Shown here: one piece after another, positions 49,560 to 61,572 of the stretch | How positions within the stretch are numbered: the stretch's first letter is position 1 | Layout of the letters: the number at the start of each line of letters is the position of its first letter | From: Macrostomum hystrix | Lineage: Eukaryota; Animalia; Platyhelminthes | Assembly: GCA_950097015.1 (NCBI GenBank) | Contig: CATNEN010000039.1 | Span: forward strand, 62,001-126,000 | Direction of reading: 5' to 3' | Length of the DNA: 64,000 nucleotides | Made by a program: the position numbers and the translations under genes | Notes under the pieces: generated by a model | What the model saw: only the letters and a program-made list of their open reading frames with translations | Databases searched by the model: none | What the model was told of the DNA's origin: nothing

Positions 49560-50318
49560 GAGCGGGCGAACCAGCGGGCCGGTTTAGAACGGGCCAATCA
49601 GCGGGCCAACCAGCGGGCCAACCAACGGGCCAACCAGCGGGCCGGTTTAGAACGGGCCAATGAGCGGGCCGATGAGCGGGCCAACCAACGGGCCGGTTTA
49701 GAACGGCCAATCTGCGGGCCAACCAGCGGGCCAACCAACGGGCCAACCAGCGGGCCGGTTTAGAACGGGCCAATCAGCGGGCCAACCAACGGGCCAACCA
49801 GCGGGCCAGTTTAGAACGGGCCAATGAGCGGGCCAACCAACGGGCCAACCAACGGGCCAACCAGCGGGCCGGTTTAGAACGGGCCAATCAGCGGGCCAAC
49901 CAACGGGCCAACCAACGGGCCGGTTTAGAACGGGCCAATCAGTGGGCCAACCAGCGGGCCAACCAACGGGCCAACCAGCGGGCCGGTTTAGAACGGGTCA
50001 ATGAGCGGGCCGATGAGCGGGCCAGCCGGCAGGGCGGTTTAGAACGGGCCAATGAGTGGGCCAGTGAGCGGGCCAACCAACGGGTCAGCCAGCGGGCCAG
50101 CCAGCGGGCCAACCAACGGGTCAGCCAGCGGGCCGGTTTAGAACGGGCCAGTGAGCGGGCCAACCAGCGGGCCCAGAAGCGGGCCGTAGAACGGGCCTAT
50201 TTGAGAGACTCGTCGATTTGGAAAAATGGGCGGGCTTTTAGAGCGGGCTTTTCTGACACGAAGTGGCCGATGAGCGGGCCAATTTCAATGGGCTAATCCA
50301 GTATTTTTTTCAACCGGG
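49560..50318. mobile_element. Subterminal repeat array (12-15-bp CGGGCC units) and probable terminus of a CMC/EnSpm-like DNA transposon
   Basis: The array of CGGGCCAACCA[AG]/CGGGCCGGTTTAGAA ends in TTTTTTTCAACCGGG (minus strand CCCGGTTGAAAAAAA), exactly where the LOA endonuclease frame is cut. No matching left end was found. Confidence 0.5.
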
Positions 50319-50685
50319 AATTTCAGAGCTCCCCCAGTGGGTGTGGTGGGCGTTGATATCGCCAGCCACCATGAGCTCATAGTTTTTGGCAGCGCATGTT
50401 TCAACCAGAGAGATCAGCTCCTCAGAGACTGCCGGCCTGTCGCCCGGTAGATAAACCGAGGCGATTAATACGGTCTTTCCTGGGAGGATTCTCCCGGTGA
50501 CGGCTGTTATAGAAGCAGTGATACCCATTAGTTACATTTTGAGGCTTACCTTTGTGAGTCCACGGCTCCTGGATGAGGATGAGACCCGGCGTGTTGAGCT
50601 CGACGTAGCGCATCAGATTGACGGATGCAGCTATGCTGTGTTGCAGGTTAACCTGCAGGCAGGTGGTTCCGGTCAGACTGTTCAT
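50319..50685 (-). pseudogene. LOA/R1-group ORF2 5' end (APE endonuclease), truncated
   Basis: CLQVNLQHS..LIQEPW; IASVYLPGD..AGDINAHHTHWGS. The ATG overlaps the ORF1 stop (ATGA). Confidence 0.88.
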
Positions 50686-52278
50686 GGTCTAACGGGAGAC
50701 TCCTTGAGCAGCTCGTCCTCCTCGGAGGGGGTCGGGCTGCAGACCTCCATGTGTGACGGCACGCCCGCATCCGCTGTGGAGGGAACGGCGGGAATCGTTG
50801 CGGAGAGCTGCTGCTCTAACCGCTGCGTGTCCCGGCCGCTCCACCCCCACAACGGTGCAGTCGCTGCCATCACTCGACGCCTCGCCCTCGGGGGTCGGTT
50901 CCGTGTGGATGGCAGCATCCTTCCTGTGAGGGAGATCCTCAGACCAGTCGGTGGCCGCCGCTCAGTGGGTCCCGGCACTCTGCGGCTGGCAAGGAGGGGG
51001 GAGGTTTGCGCTTTTGCAGCGCGGGTACGCTCCAGGTGCTCTCTGAGCGCCCGGGCTTCGCTGAGCGCACGCAGGACCAGGCCCGATTTACGGTTATTAC
51101 GGGCTGGTTTGCGGTCGCGGGGACCGGATTCGGCGATGCGGATGTTCTTGCTGTTCGGGCGGGGGTCCGCGGACGTTGCGTGCCGCTTAGCTGGCGGAGC
51201 TTTCGCCCCTGAGCCAGGAGCGGCCCGCTTGTTCTCCGGTCCCTCCCCGGCCTTCCTCTCCTGGCAATCCAGGATGGTCAGCGGGTAGAGTCCCGGTTTG
51301 ATGACGCTTTTGTGGGGGATCCTTTTGGACCAGGCTTCAGAGAAGCCGTAGATCGCCGTGAAACCCTCCGCTTGTTTGCGGACGGTTTCGTGGCAGATCA
51401 GCCCGGAGGCTGGAAGGTCCGGGTACATCCTCAGCAGCAGCTGCCGAAGTTGGTCCCCGGACCGGATAGAGCAGGCGTCGGGGACCCAGACGCGATGGCG
51501 TCGGGTTCGTGGACGTTCAGACTCAGTGGTGCACCTCAGTCTTCCGACATCGGTGCTCCACTTAAAGTCTTTGATTCGCTCGCGCAGGAGACGGCTATCC
51601 CCCCGCCGATTTACACCAGAGGAGGACAGCCCACTCCTGCGCTTCAGACCTGACAATGCTGACTGGTGTCCCTGCCAGTGCCAAGTCCGTGAGGCCCTCG
51701 TCAATTGTTCTGAGCATGCTTTTGAGCTGCTCGTCCGAAAGGTCCTGTTCCTCGCCGACCACGATGATAGCCGGCTGGGCAGGCTCCCGCTTGGCCTTGG
51801 AGGCATACGTCTCCTTGGCCTTGCTGGCGTTGGATGTGCCGGCCTTGTGGATGGTGGTGGCCGGAATGGCGGTGGGGGCGGCGTCTCCAGATGGCCCTGC
51901 TGCACCTTCCACGCTCTTCTCGGTATTGTCGGCGTCAGATGTGCCGGCCTTGGAGATGGTGGTGGCCGGCGCGGCGGTGGGGGCGGCGGGTCCAGGTGGC
52001 CCGGCCGCATCCTTCGCTCCCGCCTCGTGTGCTGGTGTCGGGCGCCCACCAGTTGCAGCCGCCGCAGCATTACGGCGGCGTTCGTTACGCTTCTGGTTGC
52101 GCCGCGCACGTGCCTCCTCCGAGCGCTTGCGGCTCGGCTTGCGCCTGTTTAGGTCGTCGGTCCCGGCGGCGGGGTTTTCAGTCCCGCCGGCTGCGCCGAG
52201 GACATGGGACCTGCCAGTGGCAGCGTACGGAGCGGCCGAGTTAATTTCGGTTCCATTAGAAAAGATGGGCGAGGCCAT
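50682..52278 (-). pseudogene. LOA-type ORF1 (gag-like), frameshifted at about 51600
   Basis: Lies directly upstream of the APE on the same strand. TYASKAK motif and VWVP..LRQLLLRMYPDL region resemble LOA ORF1 (DUF4780-like). Confidence 0.7.
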
Positions 52279-53134
52279 GGCTGAAAAGCGGGTGGGGGGC
52301 TGCTCGTTACACGAGTGAGAAAAGCCCGACTGGCCGACACCCCAAGCCAGCCGGGAGCAGCAGAGAGAGTGAAACACCGTTAGCGGCTGGAATACTCCCC
52401 AGCCAAAGCGCGGACCAAGGTCAGGCAAACGCCCAACAGCACGGATGCACTGGGGACATTAGAGGGCACCAAAAAACCGGGGCCTGCGGAGCTGGCCGCA
52501 TACCCTGTTAAGGTCGAAGGGTGACATCTTTCCCTCAGAGCCGTAGCCAGAGGTACCTGATCACGCACAGGTGCACGAACGCTGCGGACTGGCCGCATAC
52601 CCTGTTAAGGTCAGTGGGTGACACCTTTCCCTCCAGCCGGGGCTAGAGGTACCCAGTTTGGCCAGAGGCCCTGGATGGGTCATCCAGCGCTGTTGCCCAT
52701 TGTGGTGACGTGGCTCTGTTTGCGGCTGGCTAAGGCAGGTGTGTTGTGCACCTGCCCGGCACGTATCCAATTTTGGAATGTACGTGTGTTGATGTACGTG
52801 CTTTTAAACCTTCTATCCAATGTGCATGCGTGGAGTCTGCTATCGATTTTATAAATAAAATAAAATATAAAAGTCGCTGTGTCATCGCGTTTGGTAGTAG
52901 AGTTCGTTCTACAATCTTAAGTGAAGTCTTTACACCCATTCTGTCCGGCTGCCCTAGGGTCAGCCTTGAACACTCGCGGGACGTGTACCCATGGGTCAGC
53001 TGACGGGACAGCGTGGAGGGATTCCTGCACCCGAAGGCACAGGGCTCCTTCCTGCCAGGCCTGCTCAAAAAGCGACTGCAGGTGTGAGGCATCGCAGACC
53101 TTAACCCCTTGGGCCTGGTCTGACTCATACCTCA

Positions 53135-54400
53135 CAGGCGCTGTGTCCCGCCGGTGCGAGCGGAGGACTGGTCACGGTGGAGGAGCTCAGGGAGGCGACT
53201 GCGCAGTGCTCGCTGCTGAAGGGACTTTAGCAGAGAATCCGGACAGGCCACTGGGGCCAGGTGTCGCAGGTGGAGCGGCCGTACAAAGCCTGTCGAGAAG
53301 CGCTGTCGGTGGAGAACGGAATGGTTATTCACGGCACCAGGGTGGTCCCGCCAACAATCCTCCGCAGGCGCATCCTGGAGGTTGCGCACGACGAGGTGCA
53401 CCCAAGTGCGGAGAACACCAAGGCGCATGTCTCAAGGGAGTTCTGGTGGCCTGGACTGGACCGCGAGGTGCGTCAGTTTGTTGAGGGGTGCCAGCTGTGC
53501 TCAGAGAGGCGACCGGTTGCTCAGAGAAAGATTGACATTTGGCCACCAGAGAGCGAACCTTGGTCCCGGGTGCACATGGACCACTGCGAAGTGCCAGGTG
53601 TGGGTCTGCTGCTGCTGCTGTCGGATGCGTACTCAGGCTGGCCGGAAGCAATTCAGGTTCCTGACAGGTCTGCGGGTTCGGTGCTGCGAGTGCTGAGGGC
53701 GGTGTTCGCCCGGAACGGACTGCCGCGGACGCTGGTGTTGGACAATGCTCCGGAGTTCAAGTCGGAGAGAGTGTCGCAGTGGCTGAGCAGCGTCGGGTGC
53801 CAGAAGGTACACACCCCGCCTTATCATCTGCAGTCTAATGGACAGGCTGAGCGGCTGGTGAGAAGTCTGAAAGGCGGGTTGAAGACGTGGACCAAGGTGG
53901 TGCCATTCGACCAATTTCTGCAGAAGCTGATCCTGACTATCCGCACCAGCAGGCCAACCGGGAACCGCTCGGACTCTCCGGACCAGCTCATGTGGGGTCG
54001 CCGCCTACGCCATCCGCTGACCATGTCCGAGCAGGTGGGCGACTCCATCTGGCTGCGGACTCGGCCCGGCACCGCTCCGATTCCGGCCAAGTTCATCGTC
54101 CAGCACGGTCCGAACACCGCGCTGGTGGCCGCGGCCGACCTGCCGGACGGAGGATTGCGGATGGCCCAAGAGAACCAGTGGAGCAGCCGGCCGGAGACCG
54201 ACGCTGAGCTGAAACCGACCGAGGCGGCTGGACCTGAGGACCAAGGCGGCCGGGCCGTCACTGGTGCCGGCGCTGGCGCCGACCGGCAGCAGCCGGGACC
54301 TGGTGCTTCTGCAAACAGCTCCGTGCAGAATCCAGGTGTCCCCACTAAAGAGCGAAATGATTCTTATGATTTGCGTTTTCGTAAACCTGTGTGTTGTTAA
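53135..54400 (+). mobile_element. Ty3/Gypsy integrase fragment, followed by a polypurine tract and probable LTR from 54522
   Basis: HHCC (H..H..WWPGL..C..C), VHMD, and DNAPEF...SNGQAE with D35E spacing; GAGGGAAGCAG|TGTTGG at 54511-54527. Confidence 0.88.
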
Positions 54401-54969
54401 GTTTAGTAACGGTCTTTTTGTGAGTTGGTGACCTCCTGCTGCTTTGACTCTTGATTGTGAATTGTAATTGCTAAATGAAATTCTTTGCTATTTATTATTG
54501 TCTTCTGTTTGAGGGAAGCAGTGTTGGGTTTGCGGTTTGTACTTTAATGCTCTAGACCTCGTTTACATTCTATGTTTTCTTTCTCCCCATTGTTGTAAAT
54601 TAATAATAGCTAGTCAGCCAAGTTAGTAGCCGAAACTCTCACACCAAGTTGGCTCTCAGTTATTGGACTATATATTCTGTGCCAATCGATACCAGAGAAC
54701 ATGTACCCATGTACGAACTATGTACGTGCATTTAACAGCTGCACAACACCTATCTCTCGTGCGCTGTCTCTCTCTAGCAGTGTTTACTCACCGCATATGC
54801 ACCTGCGTGTCAGTGCAAGTTTTAGGCCTCAACATATCAAATCGTTTCAATAATCAATGTTCATTCATCGACCAGTCTGTGCATAATATAAATAGATCGC
54901 AATTTTTGGCTCTGGCCCTCACCTGTTCGTTTGTCAGTTAACATGACTTGACTGGAGTCATTCAGCTTA

Positions 54970-56360
54970 CACCATGCGCGCTGATGCCGCCTCTGTGCTT
55001 GATTTCATTCCCACCAGGGTCTTGAAGCTGCCCGAGCTAGCCCCTGCCATTACCCGGCTGCTAAACAGACACTGCAGTCTTGGAGGCGAAGCAGAAGCTT
55101 GCGCTCCACCACAATGGCACACCTTGATGATGTTATCGATTCCAAAGGGGGCCTCCACCAGCCTAGACAACCAGCGTGGCATCGCGCTGGAGTGCACCAC
55201 GGCGAAGCTGCTGAATGCACGGCTGCGCAACCGCCACCTGCCGACCTCAAATTGATCCTGCTGAGTCTCCAGAGCGGCTTCCGATCAGGCAGGTCCACCA
55301 CAGAGCAGGTTGCGACATCTGCTCTGTCAACAAAGCCTGCAAGACCCGCCAACGCGCCGTTTCGATCGTCTTCGTGGAACTTGCGTGAAACGAAAGGCAT
55401 TCGACTCGGTGTTCAGGCCTGCAATCGCGTGGTTGCTATCAGTTCCCCCTGCACTGGTAGCTGCAGTGATGGACCTGTACAATAATTCCAGGGCGTTTGT
55501 GCAGACGAGCGACGGCCTGACCGAGTAGTTCAGCGTAACCTCCGGCGTCCTGAGGGAGTCACGCTGGCTCCCAGTCTTCATCATGGTCGAAGATTATGTG
55601 CTGCGCCGCTCCTTTCAAGAGGACGAAAGCTACATGCTGGTCCCACGCCGAAGCTCCCGACACCCTGCTGTTTCGCTGCCTGCTCTCGCGTATGCCGACG
55701 ACATTGCGCTCCTCTGTCGGTACCCAACTGCTGCTTCCAGGTAGGACTGGTTGTGAGGTAGGTAGGACAGGTAGGACTCAACAAGCACATGACAGAGGTG
55801 CTGCACGTGGGTACTGATAGCACCGCGGCACTTGTGTTGCCCAACGGAGACGTCATCGCCGTGTGTGAGGACTAGGATCGCTAGCTATGAGCCCGGACTC
55901 CGTCGTCTCTGACAGGAGAAATCAAGCCTGGCGCGCTTTGTATCTGAAGGTGCACCTCTCTCTCGCGGTCATGGAGCCTTCTTTTTGGCATTGCATGGAA
56001 GCGGTGCCAATGACAGACACACGAGAGCGAGCCCTGGACGCACTCTACAGGTCCCTGCTGATGGCCCGCGCCGGCGTTACAAAAATGAGTGTCACCCTGC
56101 AGCGGCGCCGCCAAATATGCTGCTGTGCCACTGCCTGCGGAGTCATGGCCGCGGCGATAAAGTCCCTTTGGTCCTGGTCTTCCGGCACCAACCGACGGAG
56201 CGAAAGCGCCGAGGCAAAAGGCGAACTGTGACGCTGACTGACTGCTTTGTGGCTGACTTGCAGGCGCTGGGTCTCAGCCCCCCAGACCACAGCTGCCTGC
56301 CCCTCCCATCTGTTTCGCAAGCACGTGAACGCAAGTGCTCATTAGCTCTTGTCTATAACT
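54970..56360 (+). pseudogene. Decayed RTE-like LINE reverse transcriptase
   Basis: SIPKG..NQRGIALE, QSGFRSGRST, KAFDSV, TSGVL, LAYADDIALL across several frames. Confidence 0.82.
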
Positions 56361-56930
56361 AATTGCTAATAATTTCAAAAGGGTAAGTGTACGAGTACTA
56401 TTCTCAGCTGTGCCATGCGAGCGAATCAAAAATAAAGCAGTGCTATTTTATTTTCGATTAAGACCCAGCAACAGCCTAAAAAATCTAAACCAGCTGGACA
56501 CACTAGAAGCAAAGCACAAAGAGAAAAGCACACCTGAGTAGTAACGGACTGACCAGTTCACGCTACTTTCTTTAGGGCTTGCGCGATAAAGAATTGGTGA
56601 GGAGGCGGGGAGGCGGGGAGGCGCGTTCGTGTGGCCGCTGGTTAGTGAATGAACGTGATAATTTGTTGTGCTTTGGAGAGGGATGGTTCTTTGGTGAAGC
56701 GCAGACTGAAGGAAAGGGAAGAACTGGAGAGGGCGGAGTCCGGGCCCTCATTACCTAGGACGGTCTGGTTGCTGAGGGTAAGAAGGGCGAGACCGCCTAG
56801 AATGAGCGATAGAGAAAAAACTGAAAACGGACGCTTTCTAGCAGCTGCCCGCCTCAGCCAGAGAAGAGTGAGGGAATAGGCTGACAAAGTACGGGATAGA
56901 GAACCGTTGGGTCAGGAGTTAAAAGAACGC

Positions 56931-59504
56931 ATGTCTGGTAGGAAAGGACTGATGAGACAACAAGCACTGCAAGGTGACAGAGTGATCAAGTTTTCAGAGA
57001 AGCAATACCGCTTGAGAAACACTAAGCCACAAAAAGGTGCTATGGTAGAAAGCTCACCTGGATTTCATGTGCTGCTACCGCGGCCAAAGACCTGTGGCTA
57101 CTCTGTACGACCGCTTATCCGTAGACTCCGCTTATCCACTGCATCTCCGCACCAGAAGCTATCTTTGCTGTCGAACCGGCAAACGTCAACACCAACGCCC
57201 AGCAGGGACAGTAGCTTAGAAGCTGGTTGTGGCAGCATATTCAGGAGCAATGATGCATGCAGTCGGCAACGGAGAAAAACTATCCCAGTCAACCTGAGCG
57301 CCTGCAAGTTTGCTGCTGTGCAGATGGCGGCCGAGCGGTCCGGCTTCAAACGTTGTCCCGATGATGACTTTTCTTCAGCGATGCTGGTGTGGAGCGATTT
57401 ACCAGTGCCAACGGACCGGATTTCTGAGCTAAAGGCCCATCAGAGGCTAAACCACTTTCCAGGCATGGGAGAAATCAGCCGCAAGGACAGTCTGGGACGA
57501 AACATGACAAGGGCGGCTCGGCTGCATCCGCAGGAGTTTGGCTTCGTGCCACAGACCTGGTGCCTGCCACAAGAGAACGCACAGTTTCAGCACTTTCTTC
57601 AAGACACTAAGCGGGAGGGCAAGCGGCCAGTTTTCATTAGTAAGCCAGCAAACGGAGCGATGGGGCACGGCATTCGGATTTATAGGAACGGAGACCAGGT
57701 GCCGACTGCTCCAGAGAGCAATACAATTGTGCAGCGCTATCTGACGAAGCCGTTCCTGGTGGACGGTTACAAATGCGACCTTCGCATCTATGTGTTAGTT
57801 ACATCATGCGACCCTCTGCGGATCTACTTCTATAATGACGGTCTTCTGCGACTCAGTACTGAGAAGTACGAGGACCCTAGAGGCACCAGCTTGGACCGGC
57901 CCTGCATGCACCTCACGAATTACTCAATAAACAAGCGAAGCGGACAATACGAGAAGGGTGAAGATGACAGTACAGGGAGCAAGCGGTCCATCCGATTTCT
58001 TAATGAATACCTGCAGCAGCGCGATCACGACGTGGCGCAGCTTTGGCGCAGCATCATTGACCTAATCATCAAGACTATATTAGTAGCTTATCCTCAGGTT
58101 CTACTACAGTATAGAATGTGTCGTCCAAGCTTACCACCGGGAGCCAGCTCTGTTTGCTTTGAGATTCTCGGCTTTGATATAATGTTAGATCATAAGCTGA
58201 AGCCCTGGCTACTTGAAGTCAACCGATCTCCAAGCTTTGGCATCGATGAGGCGATAGACCGAAAAGTGAAGCTGGGAATGCTTCAAGAGGCAATTTGTCT
58301 TCTAAACATCAGTCTGTCCGACAGGCGCCGCTGCCAGGCTGCGCAGAAAGCAGAGGCTCAGAGACGCCTGTTGCAGTCGGGCAACGGTGCGACTGCAGAA
58401 TCCGCTCATCAGCGCCAATCAATGAGGCGTCGTGCCGAGCTGATCTCCCAATTGCAGCGGTTACGCAAGGAGGCCCACGCAGAGGATCGCGAGTCACGAT
58501 CTTGCAACCGCTTTCGCCGTATTTTTCCATGCGACGATCGCATTCGCCATGAAGGCTACGTGCAGCTGCTGCTGCAGCTGTTTGCCTCTGTCACGGAGGG
58601 CCGAGCTCCGGCGCTACTGAAAGAGCTTAAAGGTCGATACGATGCTACCCGACCCGGGGTGGATGAGCTGGCTGAAATTCTCGCTGAAATGAGTGGTGGC
58701 CCAGCGGATAAAACTAGTGTGAGTTCAGAATCCGAATCCGAATCCGAGGACTCTGTCCACTCCAAAAGCCGCAATGCCGATGCAAGTGACAATGAAATGG
58801 CTCAGCTGCGCCCACAAAAGTCTCCGACCTTGCAAACAGCTACTGCCCTCGTCTCGAGGAACTCTCGTCCACGCCCTTTAGCTTCGCGCTTGCCAATTGT
58901 GCGTCCGCTAAGTCGAGCTGGTGGTCAGTCCACGCATGTACAATGTCGCAGACTGTCCTCAGCGCAACAGCAGCTGTCCACAGTGATGGAGCAACAGCAA
59001 GACGAAAACTCCACTACCGTTAGTTCAGATTTTTCTGCTCGGCAACTGCAGCGGCAACTAGATGAGATCAGCATCCGCTTCCCTGGAAAGTCTCCAGCTG
59101 AGGCTGCTGGAGCGCTGGAGCGGCTGAGGCAGGGTTGGAAATTTTACCGGCCACAGCTGGCTTCTTACTGGCTGGCCAAACTGGACTCCGCTAAGCGTCG
59201 ACAAATGTTGGGAGTCGTACGGCAGACGGTCACCAGTGCCGTTCAGCGGGCCTCCGCAGGTCGTCTGATGTCACTCTTAAACCGCATTTTCAACAGAATG
59301 CTTGCAGGCAACGGACAGGGCCTGTGGAGCACATTTAGTTCTGCACCAGGAGGATGGGAGGTTGGGCTGGCGCAGAGCCATGCGGAGCTTCTCTGCTGCA
59401 GACGGGTTGTGCGCTTATGCCAGGATTGCCTTCTTACCGCCTACCTCTATTCAGGCCACGAGGCGGAAGATCTTCGACGGCGCCCCCACATCCAACCGCT
59501 GTGA
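56931..59504 (+). CDS. TTLL7: Tubulin polyglutamylase TTLL7-like, intronless across the catalytic and C-terminal domains; true start uncertain
   Basis: NHFPGMGEI.RKD, KPANGAMGHGI, DGYKCDLRIYVLVTSCDPL, MHLTNYSINK, GSKRSI, CFEILGFD, PWLLEVNRSPSF, AQKAEAQRRL. Confidence 0.9.
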   Translation: MSGRKGLMRQQALQGDRVIKFSEKQYRLRNTKPQKGAMVESSPGFHVLLPRPKTCGYSVRPLIRRLRLSTASPHQKLSLLSNRQTSTPTPSRDSSLEAGCGSIFRSNDACSRQRRKTIPVNLSACKFAAVQMAAERSGFKRCPDDDFSSAMLVWSDLPVPTDRISELKAHQRLNHFPGMGEISRKDSLGRNMTRAARLHPQEFGFVPQTWCLPQENAQFQHFLQDTKREGKRPVFISKPANGAMGHGIRIYRNGDQVPTAPESNTIVQRYLTKPFLVDGYKCDLRIYVLVTSCDPLRIYFYNDGLLRLSTEKYEDPRGTSLDRPCMHLTNYSINKRSGQYEKGEDDSTGSKRSIRFLNEYLQQRDHDVAQLWRSIIDLIIKTILVAYPQVLLQYRMCRPSLPPGASSVCFEILGFDIMLDHKLKPWLLEVNRSPSFGIDEAIDRKVKLGMLQEAICLLNISLSDRRRCQAAQKAEAQRRLLQSGNGATAESAHQRQSMRRRAELISQLQRLRKEAHAEDRESRSCNRFRRIFPCDDRIRHEGYVQLLLQLFASVTEGRAPALLKELKGRYDATRPGVDELAEILAEMSGGPADKTSVSSESESESEDSVHSKSRNADASDNEMAQLRPQKSPTLQTATALVSRNSRPRPLASRLPIVRPLSRAGGQSTHVQCRRLSSAQQQLSTVMEQQQDENSTTVSSDFSARQLQRQLDEISIRFPGKSPAEAAGALERLRQGWKFYRPQLASYWLAKLDSAKRRQMLGVVRQTVTSAVQRASAGRLMSLLNRIFNRMLAGNGQGLWSTFSSAPGGWEVGLAQSHAELLCCRRVVRLCQDCLLTAYLYSGHEAEDLRRRPHIQPL

Positions 59505-61083
59505 TTGCATGCATCCGCCATCGGTCAGATGTCATGCTAATGTGTAACATACGCTCGTATATTATTTTCAAATGACCCTTTTCTCCTTTTTCCTTTGTGC
59601 TACTGTTGCTTTTTGTTTCTCTTTTGTACCAACGCACTTTATCTGCATGTATTTAAAGTAAACAATACTGTTAATCGATTTCACATAATCTTTTTTGTAT
59701 TTTTAACAGACGAAAACGATTTCGCCTCTCCTAGTTTTTTATTCAAAGGCTAAGCACAGACGGCTAAAGGAAAATGCTACATTGACTTGTTATCTATACT
59801 GACTCTAAATACTGACCCAGTTATCTCTAAATAGGTTGCAGACTGAGACTGAAACCAGGTAGTTTGAGCTGTGAGTTAGGTGTTGTTAAGTCGGTGATTT
59901 TTATATTGCAGGCGTGTATGTCGGTCCCTCCTCGCCTCTGCATTTCAATTCCATCCTTTAGCTGGCGCACGTTAGAGAGATAGGACTCATGCTGACTCCC
60001 ACAAAAGCTTATGAGACACCGCATAGAATTTCTGGCATGTCAAAAAACATTTGCACCATGGTAATCGGAGTGTCAACTACCAATGCCTAGTTGTTAATTA
60101 TATCTGTGGTGAAAAAGGCCACCGCATCAACAACGGCAGCCAAATGGAGAGCAGTCGACATCGCCTTCATTGAAACAACTATGAAAAGAACACCACACTA
60201 CCACAATGGAGACCACTGCAGAAACTTAAAAAGGCGGCCATCGTGATTCGAACACAATGACGGATTTCACCAGCTTTGAAGCAGATGGAATCAAGCCAAG
60301 GGAAGTAAACAAAGGGACTCTTAAATGGTATACCAGTTAAAAATCAAATTGCTAAGAGCACCAGCTTGGTGGACGAAACTGACTTCGTTCTAGGTATTTA
60401 AAGCAAATTTATTTAAAGCAACATACTGAGAAATGTCAGTTTATCTTTAGGTGCTTGCTATACGAGTATATTCCACTGGAAAATTTTTAAAGCTACAAGG
60501 ATGATATTTGTAGTGAGCGAGAGAAGTCAGCCAGTGTCAATTCCACTCAAAAGCTTCAGCCCTCCAAAACGGGCGTGCAATGCTTTATATATTTACTCAA
60601 TCAATGCATGTAGATTAAAGAGATGTCATTGGGATGTACATTTCGCAAACACCATTAAGCAATACTAGCAATCGGCTCACAGCACCAATATTAAAGTTCG
60701 GTACGTCACAACAATATTTATGGGAATACATTAAATATTTTATCCAGCTCTTCGTAAAAGAGGGCACATTGGAGTCCTGCAGTATAATACTAACTTTTCT
60801 ATACGTAATTAGGACTTGGAGAAAACAAGCATGTGCTCTGAGACCAAGAGCCAGATTTTTAATCTAAGGGAGTAATGGGACATTTAGAAAAATACACGGG
60901 AAAATATACAATATACAATATAGAAAAATATACAATACCAAACTCATTTTAGATGTGTATGATAAACGCTTTATGATATGCATTCTTTGGTCAGAAGGTC
61001 CGAGGCTGCATATGCTGGTTTCGACGCGAGCGAAGTGTGTGCAAAGCGAAGCGATTTTTTAACATCGCAAAGAAAAAAAGCAA

Positions 61084-61323
61084 ATGGACGAGCTAATGAC
61101 GTCAGATGATGAGGACTTAGTCGTCTTGTAGGAGGCGTCTGATGTCATGAACACAAGCGACGAAGAAGCGGCGGAGGAGATGCCATGGAATCCTGCTATG
61201 GTATTGACGCCTCCGCAATTAAAACTGAGTTTCTCGACACACCACGACTTTAATTCTGGTATCGAAGTTACCAGTGATGTTCTACCCTTTTCTTTTTCCT
61301 AATGAACTAACCGAAGAGCCTGG
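61084..61323 (+). pseudogene. Probable piggyBac-type transposase N-terminal relic cut by the Gypsy LTR; possible C-terminal relic at about 63490-63690
   Basis: Acidic SDDED..SDEE, then W..P..F..G..PF.F.PNEL; stops and frameshifts present. Confidence 0.35.
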
Positions 61324-61572
61324 TGTTGTGCTGGGGCAGCTTGGTCAAATGAAAAAACCAAGCAGTAAGAATTGAGAAGGTGAAAAGGAACATAAGGCTT
61401 GAAAGGCTTGCGCGCACTATTATATATTTAGACTGTCAAGACTGCCACGTCAGCAACGAACACGCTACCCCGGCCTAGACCGGCCTGGGGCAGACAGTAA
61501 AACCTCCCCAGCCAATCACAACGCGCCACGTGCGCTTGCACTCTAGACGGCATGCAAGCCGCATATACAACA
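61324..61572 (-). repeat. 3' LTR (249 bp) of the Gypsy relic
   Basis: Termini TGTTGT...ACAACA; minus-strand PPT AAGGGGGAGTGA adjacent at 61573-61584; TATA-like tract inside. Confidence 0.75.

Noticed and set aside
52880-53135. Possible LINE 3' end on the minus strand
   Set aside because: Cys-containing frames but no motif I can assign with confidence.
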